Below, piece by piece: positions 1-10,508 of a stretch of DNA of 64,000 nt. The DNA lies in the NCBI GenBank assembly GCA_036679065.1, contig JAZIGN010000003.1:320001-384000 (forward strand). The letters are read 5' to 3'. Under the pieces are notes generated by a model that worked only from the letters and a program-made list of their open reading frames with translations, had not been told where the DNA came from and ran no database searches. Source of the stretch: Coprothermobacterota bacterium (GTDB taxonomy: Bacteria > Coprothermobacterota > Coprothermobacteria > Coprothermobacterales > Coprothermobacteraceae). The position numbers and the translations under genes are program-made. Within the stretch, counting starts at the first letter, position 1; each line of letters starts with the position of its first letter.

Positions 1-417
1 AATTGTGAAGAAACCCCCTACGGGTAGGAATATGATATTAGGCTGGTCCAGCGCTTCGAGTTCTTTTTCTGTTAGCAGAGTACCTAAATCACTTAAGAAT
101 GCCAAAACCATATTTTCAGCTTCGATGCTGAACAAAGAGATCTTGCCTCTTTTTGCTCCTTGGGCATTGTCGTGGAAGTACGGAATGGTGGTGATTTTTA
201 CTCCATCAAATTCCTTTGTGCCTTCTTTAAGCACTTCCTTGAACGCTTTTACGTTTTTAACGGAGTTATGATCACCATGTTCGTGGGACACGAGCACTAA
301 ATCCACTTCGGGGAAAGAAGCTTTGTAGCCAGTGGAAGAGTTGTAAGGATCGGTCAATATCTTCATGTTTCCTGTTTCAATAAGGAAACATGAATGTCCG
401 AGCCATCTGATCTTCAT
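1..417 (-). CDS. MBL-fold metallo-hydrolase (Lactamase_B_3-like), runs off window edge
   Basis: Manual translation MKIRWLGHSCFLIE...TDPY...VSHEHGDH; RBS GGAGGTG upstream; missing from ORF track. Confidence 0.85.
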   Translation of the reverse strand, partial: MKIRWLGHSCFLIETGNMKILTDPYNSSTGYKASFPEVDLVLVSHEHGDHNSVKNVKAFKEVLKEGTKEFDGVKITTIPYFHDNAQGAKRGKISLFSIEAENMVLAFLSDLGTLLTEKELEALDQPNIIFLPVGGFFTI

Positions 418-434
418 GCTGTTTTCACCTCCTT

Positions 435-1592
435 CTAAGTTCGGTTAGGATTTACAGGTAGGAAGCAGCCATTTTGTGAGCTGGATTGGTAAGCCGCCTC
501 CAAAACGAGCTGAGCGCGATGGCCTTCTTCAAATGTAGGGGTATGATCTAAAATCTTTCCCTCTGCTACCGAGCTTAAGAACCAAAGCAAACTTGTCAGG
601 TGTGTGTCTACCATAAAACCCTGAGAAAGCTTCGAGTTTGGGTAAAGTTTTACTATTCTTTTGTAGAATGGATCGTTAGCTAAGAGCTTCGGATCTGGGT
701 AAATACGTTGCCCTTTTTCATCATAAAAGGTGGGGGAGTAGGGGTTGTGGTCCAAATCGATAAACAGAGAGCCTTTGTCACCGTAAATCCACATGCGATT
801 AGCATCGTTGCCAACGGCGAGCCGAGATACCTCAATGGTTCCCTTAACGTTGCCTTCTACCTGCAAGCTCAAAGAAGCCCAGTCATCTACATCTACCTGC
901 TGGAGTATGCCTTCTGAGTTCTTGCGTTGTTTTACTATGGTGTCAGTCAAGCAGCTTACGGACTGAATTTCTCCAAGCAAGAACCGAACCAGATCTATTA
1001 GATGAATGCCCAGATCTGCTAAAGCACCACCACCGCTTTTATTCTTTTGCAGTCTCCATGTCATTGTTTTTTCCGGTATGAGGTAGCTTGAGTGTAGCAG
1101 TTCACCACGAAAAGCATAAGGACGACCAATAACACCTTGTTTTATGGTAGCATGAGCGGAAGCCACAGCTGGGTTGAACCGCATTACGAATGCTACTTGA
1201 TTTAAGACGTTACTCTTTTTAACCTCTTCAACCATAAGCTTTGTCTCTTTACTGTTGCTTGCGAGTGGTTTTTCACAGTAGATGTGTTTCCCTGCTTGAG
1301 CAGCTAATAAGGTTTGCTGGCAGTGGAGGAAATTTGGGGTGCATATATCTACTACGTCTAAATCTTCTAACGAGACTAACTTTTCCATGGTATCGACTAT
1401 CTCTGCAAAGCCGCAGCTTTTGGCTGTCTCCATGTTTTCCATGGGGTGAGTGCTGTAAAGTGCCTTCAAGTTAATGCTAAAATCCACGGGAATATTGAGT
1501 AGAGGTAAATTCCTAAGCCCAAGCAGGTGGGTTTTGGCTATGGTTCCTAATCCAGCTAAACCGTAATTGATCTCCATGTTTTTAATCCTCAC
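435..1592 (-). CDS. Gfo/Idh/MocA family oxidoreductase
   Basis: GLGTIA Rossmann motif, CEKP motif, GGGALADLGIH. Confidence 0.9.
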   Translation of the reverse strand: MRIKNMEINYGLAGLGTIAKTHLLGLRNLPLLNIPVDFSINLKALYSTHPMENMETAKSCGFAEIVDTMEKLVSLEDLDVVDICTPNFLHCQQTLLAAQAGKHIYCEKPLASNSKETKLMVEEVKKSNVLNQVAFVMRFNPAVASAHATIKQGVIGRPYAFRGELLHSSYLIPEKTMTWRLQKNKSGGGALADLGIHLIDLVRFLLGEIQSVSCLTDTIVKQRKNSEGILQQVDVDDWASLSLQVEGNVKGTIEVSRLAVGNDANRMWIYGDKGSLFIDLDHNPYSPTFYDEKGQRIYPDPKLLANDPFYKRIVKLYPNSKLSQGFMVDTHLTSLLWFLSSVAEGKILDHTPTFEEGHRAQLVLEAAYQSSSQNGCFLPVNPNRT

Positions 1593-2632
1593 AATTCTAC
1601 CTGGGTTACCTTGCTCAGGTAACGCGGTTTGTCCGGGTTAATGTTTCTTAAGCGAGCCAAATAGAAAGCAAATAGCTGAGCAAAAGTAACTTCAGCGAAA
1701 GGATAGAGCAGGTCATGGTTACAGGGAAGTTCAAACCGAGCATCACCGAGCTTCAAAGCTTCTTCGTTGTCTGAAATTACAAGCACATGTGCTCCCACCT
1801 GTTTAATTCTTTCTATGACGTTCAGGCTGGCAGGTAATGTGGCATCGGCTGGCGCAAAGATGATAACGGGCGACATGTGGTTCAAGATGGCAATGGGTCC
1901 ATGCAAAAAGTCTACAGATGACATGCCCCATGCATTTATGTAACAAGCCTCTTTAAGTTTCAGAGCCGTTTCCTTCGCGGCACTATACGAAAGACCCGTG
2001 CCAAGGAGCACTAGGTTCTGTGCCAGCATGTATCTTTGTGCCAAGGCTGATACTTGTTCTTTATGCTTTAAGATGGTTTCTACTGAAGTAAGGAGCGATC
2101 CATCATCCAGTGGTTTATCTGCCAAGGCATAAGCTAACATGAGGAGAGCAGCCATGGAAGCGGTAAAGCTTTTCGTAGCGCACACACTTTCCTCTTTGTT
2201 TGCCTGCATGTACAGGGCATTTTCGCCTGCTAGTTTATAGAGTGTGCTTTCTTTGTTATTGGTTATGCCAACGGTTAGAGCACCTTCTACTTTTGCGCGC
2301 TTTACGGTTTCACATACGTCGTCGGTCTCTCCAGATTGCGAAACGCCTACTATCAAAGCTTTGGATATATGAGGTGGATTCTTGTACAGGGTGTACACAG
2401 AACCAGTACTTAATGCAGAAGGAAGGTGCGCTATGAGTTGAAATGCATACTGACCATAAATGCAAGCGTTGTCTGAACTACCTCTGCCAGCTAACAAAAG
2501 GAACTCTGGAGCATACTGCTTTATGCGTGATGAAATTGCCTTAACGTTATCTGATTCCCGCTCAATCAGCCTCCTTAGTACTTCAGGGACTTCCTCGATT
2601 TCTGCTAACATTCTAAATTCTTGTTCGTTCAC
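1589..2632 (-). CDS. Double-SIS sugar-phosphate isomerase/deaminase (GlmS C-terminal/NagB-II-like)
   Basis: GRGSS, SQSGET, ATKSF, ALKLKE, HGP motifs and NPDKPRYLSKVT tail; no glutaminase domain. Confidence 0.85.
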   Translation of the reverse strand: MNEQEFRMLAEIEEVPEVLRRLIERESDNVKAISSRIKQYAPEFLLLAGRGSSDNACIYGQYAFQLIAHLPSALSTGSVYTLYKNPPHISKALIVGVSQSGETDDVCETVKRAKVEGALTVGITNNKESTLYKLAGENALYMQANKEESVCATKSFTASMAALLMLAYALADKPLDDGSLLTSVETILKHKEQVSALAQRYMLAQNLVLLGTGLSYSAAKETALKLKEACYINAWGMSSVDFLHGPIAILNHMSPVIIFAPADATLPASLNVIERIKQVGAHVLVISDNEEALKLGDARFELPCNHDLLYPFAEVTFAQLFAFYLARLRNINPDKPRYLSKVTQVEL

Positions 2633-2662
2633 TGTGTTTACCTCCTTGCTACCAGATGGTTG

Positions 2663-3970
2663 CTAACTATGGTAGTGGTTTCTTATTGCCTCAACTATGA
2701 TTTCGACTATCCTTTCTCCTTCTCCACCCTGCAGCAGGGTGGAAAGGGTTTCATACCCACCTTCATCATAGGCGCTCATGTCGGGAATGTAGCCAATGTA
2801 ATCAGATGCATACCCCACAACAAAGATCTTCTTAGGTTTTAGTGCTTCTTCTATTTGCTTTCCCAATGTGGAAAATAACTCTCCTGGCACACCAACAAAG
2901 CTTACTTCTCCAAAATCTAGAATGCGTAAGGCTGTTTGGATAAGTTGAGCGCCATTTACAGCAGTGCTTGTTCTTATTAAGCTCTCTATGCCTTCAACCT
3001 TTGATTCCCAAGGTCTAAGGTTTTGTTCTCCTCTTAGTCTGGCGCGCTGGAGTTCTTCTTGTGCCTGCCTTAGCATATTTCGAAGAACATCCATGGGTGG
3101 CATTTCCTTTATCTTCAACTGAACCGGTATGGTGATGGCTTGGAACTTATCAGGGTCTAAATCAATTTCTTTAGTGTTTGGCATGCATCTTGTCAAGCTG
3201 TCTTGTACGACCTTTGCGACGCGTTCTATCTCATCGAAATCGGATTTCTGCCGATAAAAGCGTGTGCTGACATCACCTGCTGCACCGTTGAAGAACATGG
3301 CAAATTTTAAGTTATTTACCTGCTCAGTGAGCAAAGATGCAACTTTTCCAGGGAAATCAGCGCTTATTAAGTGGTTTTGCTCATGTAAAACGGTGGGATG
3401 ACATCCGAAGTTATAAAGCAATGCCTTGCTACCGTCTTCACTCTGTATTATTAGCATCTTGAAAGTGGGTAGTAATTCCTCTGTGTTAAGCTCTCGGCGA
3501 TTACCAAACACCCTTTGAGTAAAGGGGCATTCTCCAAACAGTAGTTTTCCTGATCTAACACTTTTGATTGATTCCAAAGCACTATTTACAGTCTGCTCCA
3601 CTGTGTACTCAAAAAGAGTGCTGTCAATATTTCCCACAGCCAGCACTTTTCCATCAGGAGTCAGGAGCTTTGTGCTTTGAAGCCCTTCAGGACCTGAATG
3701 AGTATGGGTTGCAGCTATGAGAATATGGTCTTTGGGAATGCCTGTTTGGCTCTCAAGTTGTGAAGCAACAGCTTGAGAGAAATCCAGAGAAATGGCAAGT
3801 GTGTCAAGGGCAATGAGAAAAAACTTTTGGTGTTCGCCAAATTCCAAATACAGTGCTTTTGCGTAAAGGTCGTCATGAACACCTTCTGCTTTTCTCTGCC
3901 CAAGAAATCCTGCCATTTGTGTCCCCAGCGAGGGTGTAATAATTCTTTGAGAATATCCGTATTTAACCAT
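2663..3970 (-). CDS. Neutral/alkaline ceramidase-like amidohydrolase
   Basis: GVHDDLYAKAL, ATHTHSGP, CHPT, ISADFPG, GAAGDV, YIGYIP...GGYE. Confidence 0.75.
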   Translation of the reverse strand: MVKYGYSQRIITPSLGTQMAGFLGQRKAEGVHDDLYAKALYLEFGEHQKFFLIALDTLAISLDFSQAVASQLESQTGIPKDHILIAATHTHSGPEGLQSTKLLTPDGKVLAVGNIDSTLFEYTVEQTVNSALESIKSVRSGKLLFGECPFTQRVFGNRRELNTEELLPTFKMLIIQSEDGSKALLYNFGCHPTVLHEQNHLISADFPGKVASLLTEQVNNLKFAMFFNGAAGDVSTRFYRQKSDFDEIERVAKVVQDSLTRCMPNTKEIDLDPDKFQAITIPVQLKIKEMPPMDVLRNMLRQAQEELQRARLRGEQNLRPWESKVEGIESLIRTSTAVNGAQLIQTALRILDFGEVSFVGVPGELFSTLGKQIEEALKPKKIFVVGYASDYIGYIPDMSAYDEGGYETLSTLLQGGEGERIVEIIVEAIRNHYHS

Positions 3971-4835
3971 TCTGTGCCTCCAAGAAGCGCTTTATGGCGA
4001 GCAAGACTCCTTTATCTTCATTGGAACTTGTAACAAAAGAAGCCTTACTTTTCGTAAAATCGTCGGCATTAGCCACGGCCACCGAGAATTTGACCACATC
4101 GAACATGGTGGCATCGCTTTCATTGTCTCCAATGGCCATGACATGTTCAGGATCGATGCCGCAAATTTGCAACATGTGCTGTAAAGCACTGCCCTTTGTG
4201 ACGCCACTTGCCATTATGTCCAAACAGCCATCATCTGCTCGCATAACATCGATCTTGTCACCGAGAAGTTCTCTGAGCTCTTCTTTTAATTGGTTTAAAT
4301 ATTCTTCATCAAGTATGATGGATACTTTTCTTACACCGATTATGTCTTCAGGTGGTATGTCAGAAAGATCAGTGTTTACCACTGGAGCGGGCTCTTTTTC
4401 TGTAAACACAGGTACTTCTGGTCTTTTGTAGCAAATCATGCTGTTACCTCGATATAGGTAAAGGTTACATCGATATTTCCTTCTTACCAAATGGTCTATG
4501 ATAGCTTTTACCACATCTTCCTCGATAAACTGTTGATAAATGATTTCCTCCGTAACGGGGTCAACAACAACTGCTCCAGCTTCGCATATGACTGGTACAT
4601 CTATGGGGAATCTATATGCGAAGGTTTTCACCGAGGGGTAGCCTCGTCCAGAAGCGATTGTTAACTTCACTTCTGGACTTAGCATGTCCTTTATCTCTTC
4701 TACATACTCTTGCGGCAGCTCAGAGTCATTGTTTAGCAAGGTACCATCCAAGTCCGTAACGATAAGTTTCTTGACATCCCTGAGCCTATTCCTTATGTCC
4801 TCTATGATCTTATCGCTGCTAATCTGCTCTTGCAT
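3963..4835 (-). CDS. Cof-type HAD-IIB phosphatase
   Basis: DLDGTLL, ASGR, KG, GDNESD motifs. Confidence 0.9.
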   Translation of the reverse strand: MQEQISSDKIIEDIRNRLRDVKKLIVTDLDGTLLNNDSELPQEYVEEIKDMLSPEVKLTIASGRGYPSVKTFAYRFPIDVPVICEAGAVVVDPVTEEIIYQQFIEEDVVKAIIDHLVRRKYRCNLYLYRGNSMICYKRPEVPVFTEKEPAPVVNTDLSDIPPEDIIGVRKVSIILDEEYLNQLKEELRELLGDKIDVMRADDGCLDIMASGVTKGSALQHMLQICGIDPEHVMAIGDNESDATMFDVVKFSVAVANADDFTKSKASFVTSSNEDKGVLLAIKRFLEAQNG

Positions 4836-5982
4836 AGATGAGATTTCCCTCTCCTATGGTGGCTTCCACCTGGAGCGTTTCTTTATTCAAAATTACCATG
4901 TCAGCGATGGATCCTTTCTTTATGGTTCCACGATCCTTCAGGCCTATGGACTTTGCAGGCAGTAGCGATGCACATGTGAAAGCCTCTGGTAGAGAAAGCC
5001 CACCGATGTTAATGAGATTTCTAAAGCCCTTATCCATGGCGAGTACCGAACCAGCTAATGTTCCATTTTCTAACCTGGCAGAGGTTTCGTCTACGATTAT
5101 GGTCCTATTCCCCAGAGTGTACCTGCCTGGTTTCCCTAAACCTGCTGCCATGGTGGCGTCAGTGATGAGTACCAGCCGATCTTTGACGTACTTGCACATG
5201 ATTTTCATGGTAGCAATGTGCGTGTGAACCCCATCTGCGATGAACTGTAAATAGAATGGATAAAGTAAACCCGCACCTATAAGACCTGGCTGCCTGTGTT
5301 GAAATGGGCTCATGGCGTTGAAGTAGTGTGTTATGGAGGTTGCTCCTTTTGCATAGGCTTTGGCAGCTGTTTCGTAGTCTGTGGACGTGTGGCCCAAAGA
5401 AACACTAACGCCATATCCGGCGAAAAGTTCTATCATGTCCAGATGTCCTTCAATCTCAGGAGCCATGGTAACCATGAGAGCCTTGCCTTCACTAAGAAGC
5501 TCTATGATGTCATCTCTGTTGGCTTGCCTGAATAGATTTGGATCCATGGCACCGGGAACTTTCTTACTAATGAATGGCCCTTCCAGATGAAGTGCAAGTG
5601 GTTTCGCCCCTTTTACCTGGGCAAAGCTATTAGAAAGCTGCATTATGGGCTTTAGTGTTTCAACAGGTGCACCTGTGGTAGTAGGAAGAAATGCTGTGGT
5701 ACCTGTAGAGGCAAGCTTTTCTGCCATGCTGCTTATGGCCTCTAATGTGCCTTCCATGGTGTCATGGCCTGCGAATCCATGAATGTGAACATCGACAAAA
5801 CCAGGCCCTACTACGTAGTCGGTTAAATCTACCAGTTCAACCCCACTTTCGGGTGGTTCAAATGAAACTTGCTCGATGCGTGAATTGTTCACTTCAATGT
5901 ATACAGTGCCGTCAATGGGCTCTGGTGCATAAAAATGGTCTGTCTTTATCACATAGTGATTACTTTTAATTTGAATGGTCAT
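4819..5982 (-). CDS. nagA: N-acetylglucosamine-6-phosphate deacetylase
   Basis: PGFVDVHIHG, HLEGPF, THYFNAM, DGVH, TDA, LAGS. Confidence 0.9.
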   Translation of the reverse strand: MTIQIKSNHYVIKTDHFYAPEPIDGTVYIEVNNSRIEQVSFEPPESGVELVDLTDYVVGPGFVDVHIHGFAGHDTMEGTLEAISSMAEKLASTGTTAFLPTTTGAPVETLKPIMQLSNSFAQVKGAKPLALHLEGPFISKKVPGAMDPNLFRQANRDDIIELLSEGKALMVTMAPEIEGHLDMIELFAGYGVSVSLGHTSTDYETAAKAYAKGATSITHYFNAMSPFQHRQPGLIGAGLLYPFYLQFIADGVHTHIATMKIMCKYVKDRLVLITDATMAAGLGKPGRYTLGNRTIIVDETSARLENGTLAGSVLAMDKGFRNLINIGGLSLPEAFTCASLLPAKSIGLKDRGTIKKGSIADMVILNKETLQVEATIGEGNLIYARAD

Positions 5983-6009
5983 TATGGCGTGCCTCCTAAA
6001 ACTCCTGTT

Positions 6010-6720
6010 TTACTTGTTGATCCAGATGCGGTACCCGTATAGGTCTCTGTATTTTTCTTTTAATTTATCGTTGAACTCCGGGCCACCGTCAATGTTTGCA
6101 CTCATGAGTACTGGTGGCTCAAAGTTATTTGCAAGCATTTCCTCGATGGCAAAGACTACTGTTTGGTTCAGAAGTAAATCTGCAGCAATAGAGGATGTAC
6201 CACCCACTTTTGTGTAGAGTCCTTCTATTTCCACTGCAGCGTCTCCAGGTATGCTATGGTTATCCAGCACCACGTCTGCAAGTTCGAATAGTCTTTTCCC
6301 ACTAGAGTGCCTGGACGTGCTGTTTTTACTTACTTCTAGGGCAGTTACAGCGATTAAAGGTACATTCTTGGATTTCACAAAGGATGCCATTTCGATAATG
6401 AAGGGATTTCTTCCCGAGTTCGATATGATCACTACACAGTCCTTTTCTCTTAGGTCCCAACTTTCTATGAACTTTGTTCCTACACCTTCAATGGTTTCGT
6501 AACGCCCGAAGGTTTCTTCCATGACAGCTTTCGCTGGCAGCAAGCCACCAGCTCTGCCAGCAATTTCTATGGAAGCAGCATAGGAATGGCCACTGCCAAA
6601 AGCCTGTATAATGCCACCATTCATGATGCTCTGCGCCATCAAGTGGCCAGCTTGTTTCATGTGTTCCTCTTCTCTTTCCAATAAGGGAATCAAATCTTTA
6701 ATCACTTGAAAGTATTTCAT
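6010..6720 (-). CDS. SIS-domain protein (UPF0309/SIS_2)
   Basis: FGSGHS, RAGGL, ISNSGRN, SRHSSGKRL, SANIDGG. Confidence 0.85.
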   Translation of the reverse strand: MKYFQVIKDLIPLLEREEEHMKQAGHLMAQSIMNGGIIQAFGSGHSYAASIEIAGRAGGLLPAKAVMEETFGRYETIEGVGTKFIESWDLREKDCVVIISNSGRNPFIIEMASFVKSKNVPLIAVTALEVSKNSTSRHSSGKRLFELADVVLDNHSIPGDAAVEIEGLYTKVGGTSSIAADLLLNQTVVFAIEEMLANNFEPPVLMSANIDGGPEFNDKLKEKYRDLYGYRIWINK

Positions 6721-6803
6721 TGTTGTATTCTCCTTTCTCTTTGTACGGGGCGAACAAAAAACTCAACTCCTTCCAAATGGAGCGAGTAAAGAAGCTGCTG
6801 GTA

Positions 6804-7298
6804 CTAGACCAGCAGCTTCTTCTTTTTTAGCTCTTCCACTAGATCAATGTCTCTGTCTGCAGGTGTCCTTTTGGGAGTGATACGATAGCCATAGGCCGCA
6901 ATCTTTTGGTAGGCTTGGGCATCTTCTGGCGTTGCGGCTATCCATGGGAATACCATTACAGGCTTTGTTCCTGGAACAGGCGCCTGATTTCCCACGTTTA
7001 CTGATTCAAACTTCAACCCACCGTCTAAAAGTCCTAAGGCATCTTGAGGTGTTTTGGCAATGACTAGCGCTGCCCCAGGCTGATTTTCTAGTGTTTTCAA
7101 ATAATCTACGGCTTCTTTCACTCCCAACACTTTGGTAGGAAGACCCCTGGCAGCTTGAGGCAGCATGACCTTTTGTATGGGATCAACAGCAACTTTGTCG
7201 TTTACTACTGCGATCATATTCGCTCTGTAGAAAGAACACCACGTAACTGTTACCTGACCGTGTATGAGTCTGTTGTCAATGTGAAGATGTAATTTCAC
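6804..7298 (-). CDS. PTS mannose/sorbose family IIB
   Basis: IDNRLIHGQV phospho-His motif. Confidence 0.9.
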   Translation of the reverse strand: MKLHLHIDNRLIHGQVTVTWCSFYRANMIAVVNDKVAVDPIQKVMLPQAARGLPTKVLGVKEAVDYLKTLENQPGAALVIAKTPQDALGLLDGGLKFESVNVGNQAPVPGTKPVMVFPWIAATPEDAQAYQKIAAYGYRITPKRTPADRDIDLVEELKKKKLLV

Positions 7299-7323
7299 TT
7301 ATACCAACCTCCTTGAGCGAATG

Positions 7324-7734
7324 TTAGCTGTTTTCAAGTGAAGCCCTGAGCAGTTGGGTGAGATTTTTTATGGATTCAACGCCTGAAGTCATAGCGTTAG
7401 CCGAAAGCTCTTGAAGAGAACTACTTTCTCTAAAGCTTACTATCTCCAGTAGCATGGGCAGATTAACGCCCGTAATTACTTCCACATTTTCGTTTAGTAG
7501 ATAAGCTGCAGCGTTACTGGGGGAGGCACCAAACATATCTACAAAAACCAGTACGCCGCTACCGTCGTCAAGTATCTTAACAGCATTTAAGATTCTTTCT
7601 TTGAGCTCATCGATGCTGTCGCCTTCCTTTAAAGACACAAAATCCACCTTTTCTTGGGGTCCGGCTATCATCTGCATAGCATCCAATAATCCTTCTCCCA
7701 ATCTGCCATGGGTCACAATTAACATTCCTACCAT
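7324..7734 (-). CDS. PTS mannose family IIA
   Basis: IVTHG, DMFGASPSN, GVNLPMLLE. Confidence 0.9.
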   Translation of the reverse strand: MVGMLIVTHGRLGEGLLDAMQMIAGPQEKVDFVSLKEGDSIDELKERILNAVKILDDGSGVLVFVDMFGASPSNAAAYLLNENVEVITGVNLPMLLEIVSFRESSSLQELSANAMTSGVESIKNLTQLLRASLENS

Positions 7735-7754
7735 GTTTCACTTTTCCTTTCTCT

Positions 7755-9389
7755 TTAAGCTAAGATTCCAAGAGCACCGCACACAATACCAATGACTACC
7801 AGCAGGAACAGTATCTGCAGAATGCTCCATTTTCTGGAACGTAGCAGCCAATAAACTAAGAAGACAAAGGTCAGTGGCAGTAAATAGGGCAGTAGCTGGT
7901 CGAGGAATGTCTGTATCTCTACAACTTGTTCTACAGCTTTCCCTTCTATGGTAACAGTTCTAGCGAATTTCAAAGGTGTTTTCACCGAAGCTAAGATGGA
8001 TGGAATAAAGCCACCCATGACTCCCAAAGCGAACATACTTGCAAGGTCTGTAATAGTGGTGAGCGCTCTGCTACCCGCTGTCTTTACCAAGTTTATACCC
8101 TGGTTGTATCCTAGCCAAAAACCGGGGAACATTACGTAGAAGTAGATGAATCCTAAGATCAACATAAGAACAGCACCAAACCAGTTTCCACTTAAGGCCA
8201 TGCTAGCAGCAAACACCGCGAAGATAGGCTTCATAAGAATGGCTGCAATAGTGTCTCCTATACCAGCCAAGGGTCCCATTAATGCAATCTTTATGCTGTC
8301 TGCCACTTCTGGCTGTTTTTGCTCTTCCAAAGCACAAGCTGCCCCAAAAATTGTTGGGGAACCGATAAATGGGTTTGTGTTGTAAAAATTCAGGTGCCTT
8401 TTAATGGCTTCGAAGTATTCATCTTCATTGGGATAAACTTTCTTGAGTATTGGCATAACAGAATAAGCGAAGCCGAGGGCTTGCATTCTTTCGTAGTTCC
8501 AAGACAGCTGAAGAGTAAAGTTGTGCCTTAGCATAGCTGTTACGAGATCACGACGTGTCACATTAGTTTCTTCTAGGGGTTGAGGCCCTGTAACAAGTTC
8601 TTCTTCACCCATTGCTTCGGCTTGTACACTTTCTACTCGCTCAACGCGGGTAGACAAGTAATTGTAAATAGCTACCACAGCGAGTACGGCAAGCATGATG
8701 CCAATAAGTGGCATCTTTAGATAAGCGAATAGGACAAAGCCGAGGATGAAGAATCCCCAGTACTTAGGCAGTGGCAGGTATGTGAGCAGTATGCCAAAAC
8801 CTAAAGCTGGCAACAGGTGGCCCATAGCCGTAAAGCCATTGGTCAACCAAGCAGGAATGACAGAAACCAAGTTTTGAATGGGTCCTGCTCCAAGCCAGAT
8901 AGCAAAGAACAGTGGTATGGCTCGGCTAAGTCCCCAAGGTAATTGACCTAGCCAGTGCATCCAAACAATACCTCGTTCGTTGTGAGTCTCTGCATAATGA
9001 TCTGCACCGTGAATAAACACTGTGGTAACGGTTCTTCCCAAAATATCTAGCTGAGTCATTAGTAGAGACACAGGTACTGCGACGGCTATTCCTTGTGTTA
9101 TAGCCACTGAAAGTGGCTCATTGGACAATGCAGCTACAGCTGTACCGACGATAGCACCAGTCATGTAGTCTGGAATGGTGGCACCGCCGTACGTCCACAG
9201 ACCTAAAGACATGAGTTCCAGAGTTCCTCCTATGGCTAAGCCGAGAGGAACGTCTCCAACAATGAGTCCAGTGAACAAACCCGCGACAATGGGGTCAGCG
9301 AACTGCCATGCAGGGCCTAGATGAGCAAGAATGGCAAAGTAACCATAGAGAGCTAATAGTAATGCAATTCCTACACTGTAACCTTCCAT
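7755..9389 (-). CDS. Fused PTS mannose family IIC-IID
   Basis: IIC motif GGTLELMSLG...GGATIPD followed by IID motifs SWNYERMQALG and MGPLAGIGD in one ORF. Confidence 0.9.
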   Translation of the reverse strand: MEGYSVGIALLLALYGYFAILAHLGPAWQFADPIVAGLFTGLIVGDVPLGLAIGGTLELMSLGLWTYGGATIPDYMTGAIVGTAVAALSNEPLSVAITQGIAVAVPVSLLMTQLDILGRTVTTVFIHGADHYAETHNERGIVWMHWLGQLPWGLSRAIPLFFAIWLGAGPIQNLVSVIPAWLTNGFTAMGHLLPALGFGILLTYLPLPKYWGFFILGFVLFAYLKMPLIGIMLAVLAVVAIYNYLSTRVERVESVQAEAMGEEELVTGPQPLEETNVTRRDLVTAMLRHNFTLQLSWNYERMQALGFAYSVMPILKKVYPNEDEYFEAIKRHLNFYNTNPFIGSPTIFGAACALEEQKQPEVADSIKIALMGPLAGIGDTIAAILMKPIFAVFAASMALSGNWFGAVLMLILGFIYFYVMFPGFWLGYNQGINLVKTAGSRALTTITDLASMFALGVMGGFIPSILASVKTPLKFARTVTIEGKAVEQVVEIQTFLDQLLPYLLPLTFVFLVYWLLRSRKWSILQILFLLVVIGIVCGALGILA

Positions 9390-9534
9390 TGATACTACAC
9401 CTCCCTGTGAATGGATTGCGCCCTGTTGTGGGCGTTACACCGTGTACGTGTGTCAGGATCCACCTCCTTGGAGGCGTTACACTGTTCTACAACCTCCAAT
9501 GATAATTGTAATATAAGTGCAACAAAAGTTAGCT

Positions 9535-10290
9535 TTATAAATTCTTTATTCTTGTTAAATACTTTTCGATTACACTTTGGTTATATTCATCAACCTCTTG
9601 CTTGTTCGCCATAAGAGAACCGTTGAAGTAGACATCTGGAGTAAAGCCGCCATCAAGAAGGTTTTTTACGGTTTGAACAACAAGCGAATGCATTATAAAA
9701 GATCCTGCGATAGTGGACAGAGCACCAACACCCATGGGTAAACCCTCAAAAGTCAATGCTGCATCGCCGATAGGGCAGCAATTATCAATGGCCACAGTGG
9801 AATAATCTTTCAATTTCTTGCCAGAGGAATGCAAAGATCGCAAATAATCTGAGTACTGCATCGATGTTATGGCTATAACATTTACGTCCCTTTCTTGACA
9901 TGCTTTAGCTACTTCAATAGGGACAGCGTTGTTACCAGAATTGGAGATGACTACGAGGACATCTGGGGGCGCTATGCGGTGATAATCAACAATGATTCTA
10001 CCGATGCCTTCTAGCTTTTCTAAATACTCTGACTTTGTTATTTCCTGATGTCCAGTCAAACTTGGTTCTAAGATGGCATGAATGTTTGCCAGCGTTGCTC
10101 CGCGCCAAAACACATCTTCAGCCACCAAGTGCGAGTGGCCAACGCCAAAAGTGTGTATGATACCATCACTTCTTGTGCATGTAGCCAAGATATTCGCAGC
10201 TTTTAGCAAGTTCTCGCGCTGGGTATTGGTGATCTGTGTAAGGATGTTGCTCACAACGTTCAAATAGTCGTTCAGGGGATCCCTTTTCAT
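9535..10290 (-). CDS. SIS-domain protein (UPF0309/SIS_2), paralog of 6010-6720
   Basis: FGVGHSH, ISNSGNN, HSSGKKL. Confidence 0.85.
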   Translation of the reverse strand: MKRDPLNDYLNVVSNILTQITNTQRENLLKAANILATCTRSDGIIHTFGVGHSHLVAEDVFWRGATLANIHAILEPSLTGHQEITKSEYLEKLEGIGRIIVDYHRIAPPDVLVVISNSGNNAVPIEVAKACQERDVNVIAITSMQYSDYLRSLHSSGKKLKDYSTVAIDNCCPIGDAALTFEGLPMGVGALSTIAGSFIMHSLVVQTVKNLLDGGFTPDVYFNGSLMANKQEVDEYNQSVIEKYLTRIKNL

Positions 10291-10508
10291 TTTGCACCTC
10301 CTAGTTACCTTGATTGTACATTGGCATCCTTATATATGGTGGTTAAAAACATTGTCCTAGTGTTTATCCGTAGAATTGTTCTATTCCACTGAGTTGAATG
10401 TATCATTTTGTGGAATATTTTCACGAAGAACTGGTAATATACTTTTTAGATGGGTTCAACAAAAGAACCCATACAAGAAACCATTCACGATTGAGGAGGT
10501 GTTTAACC

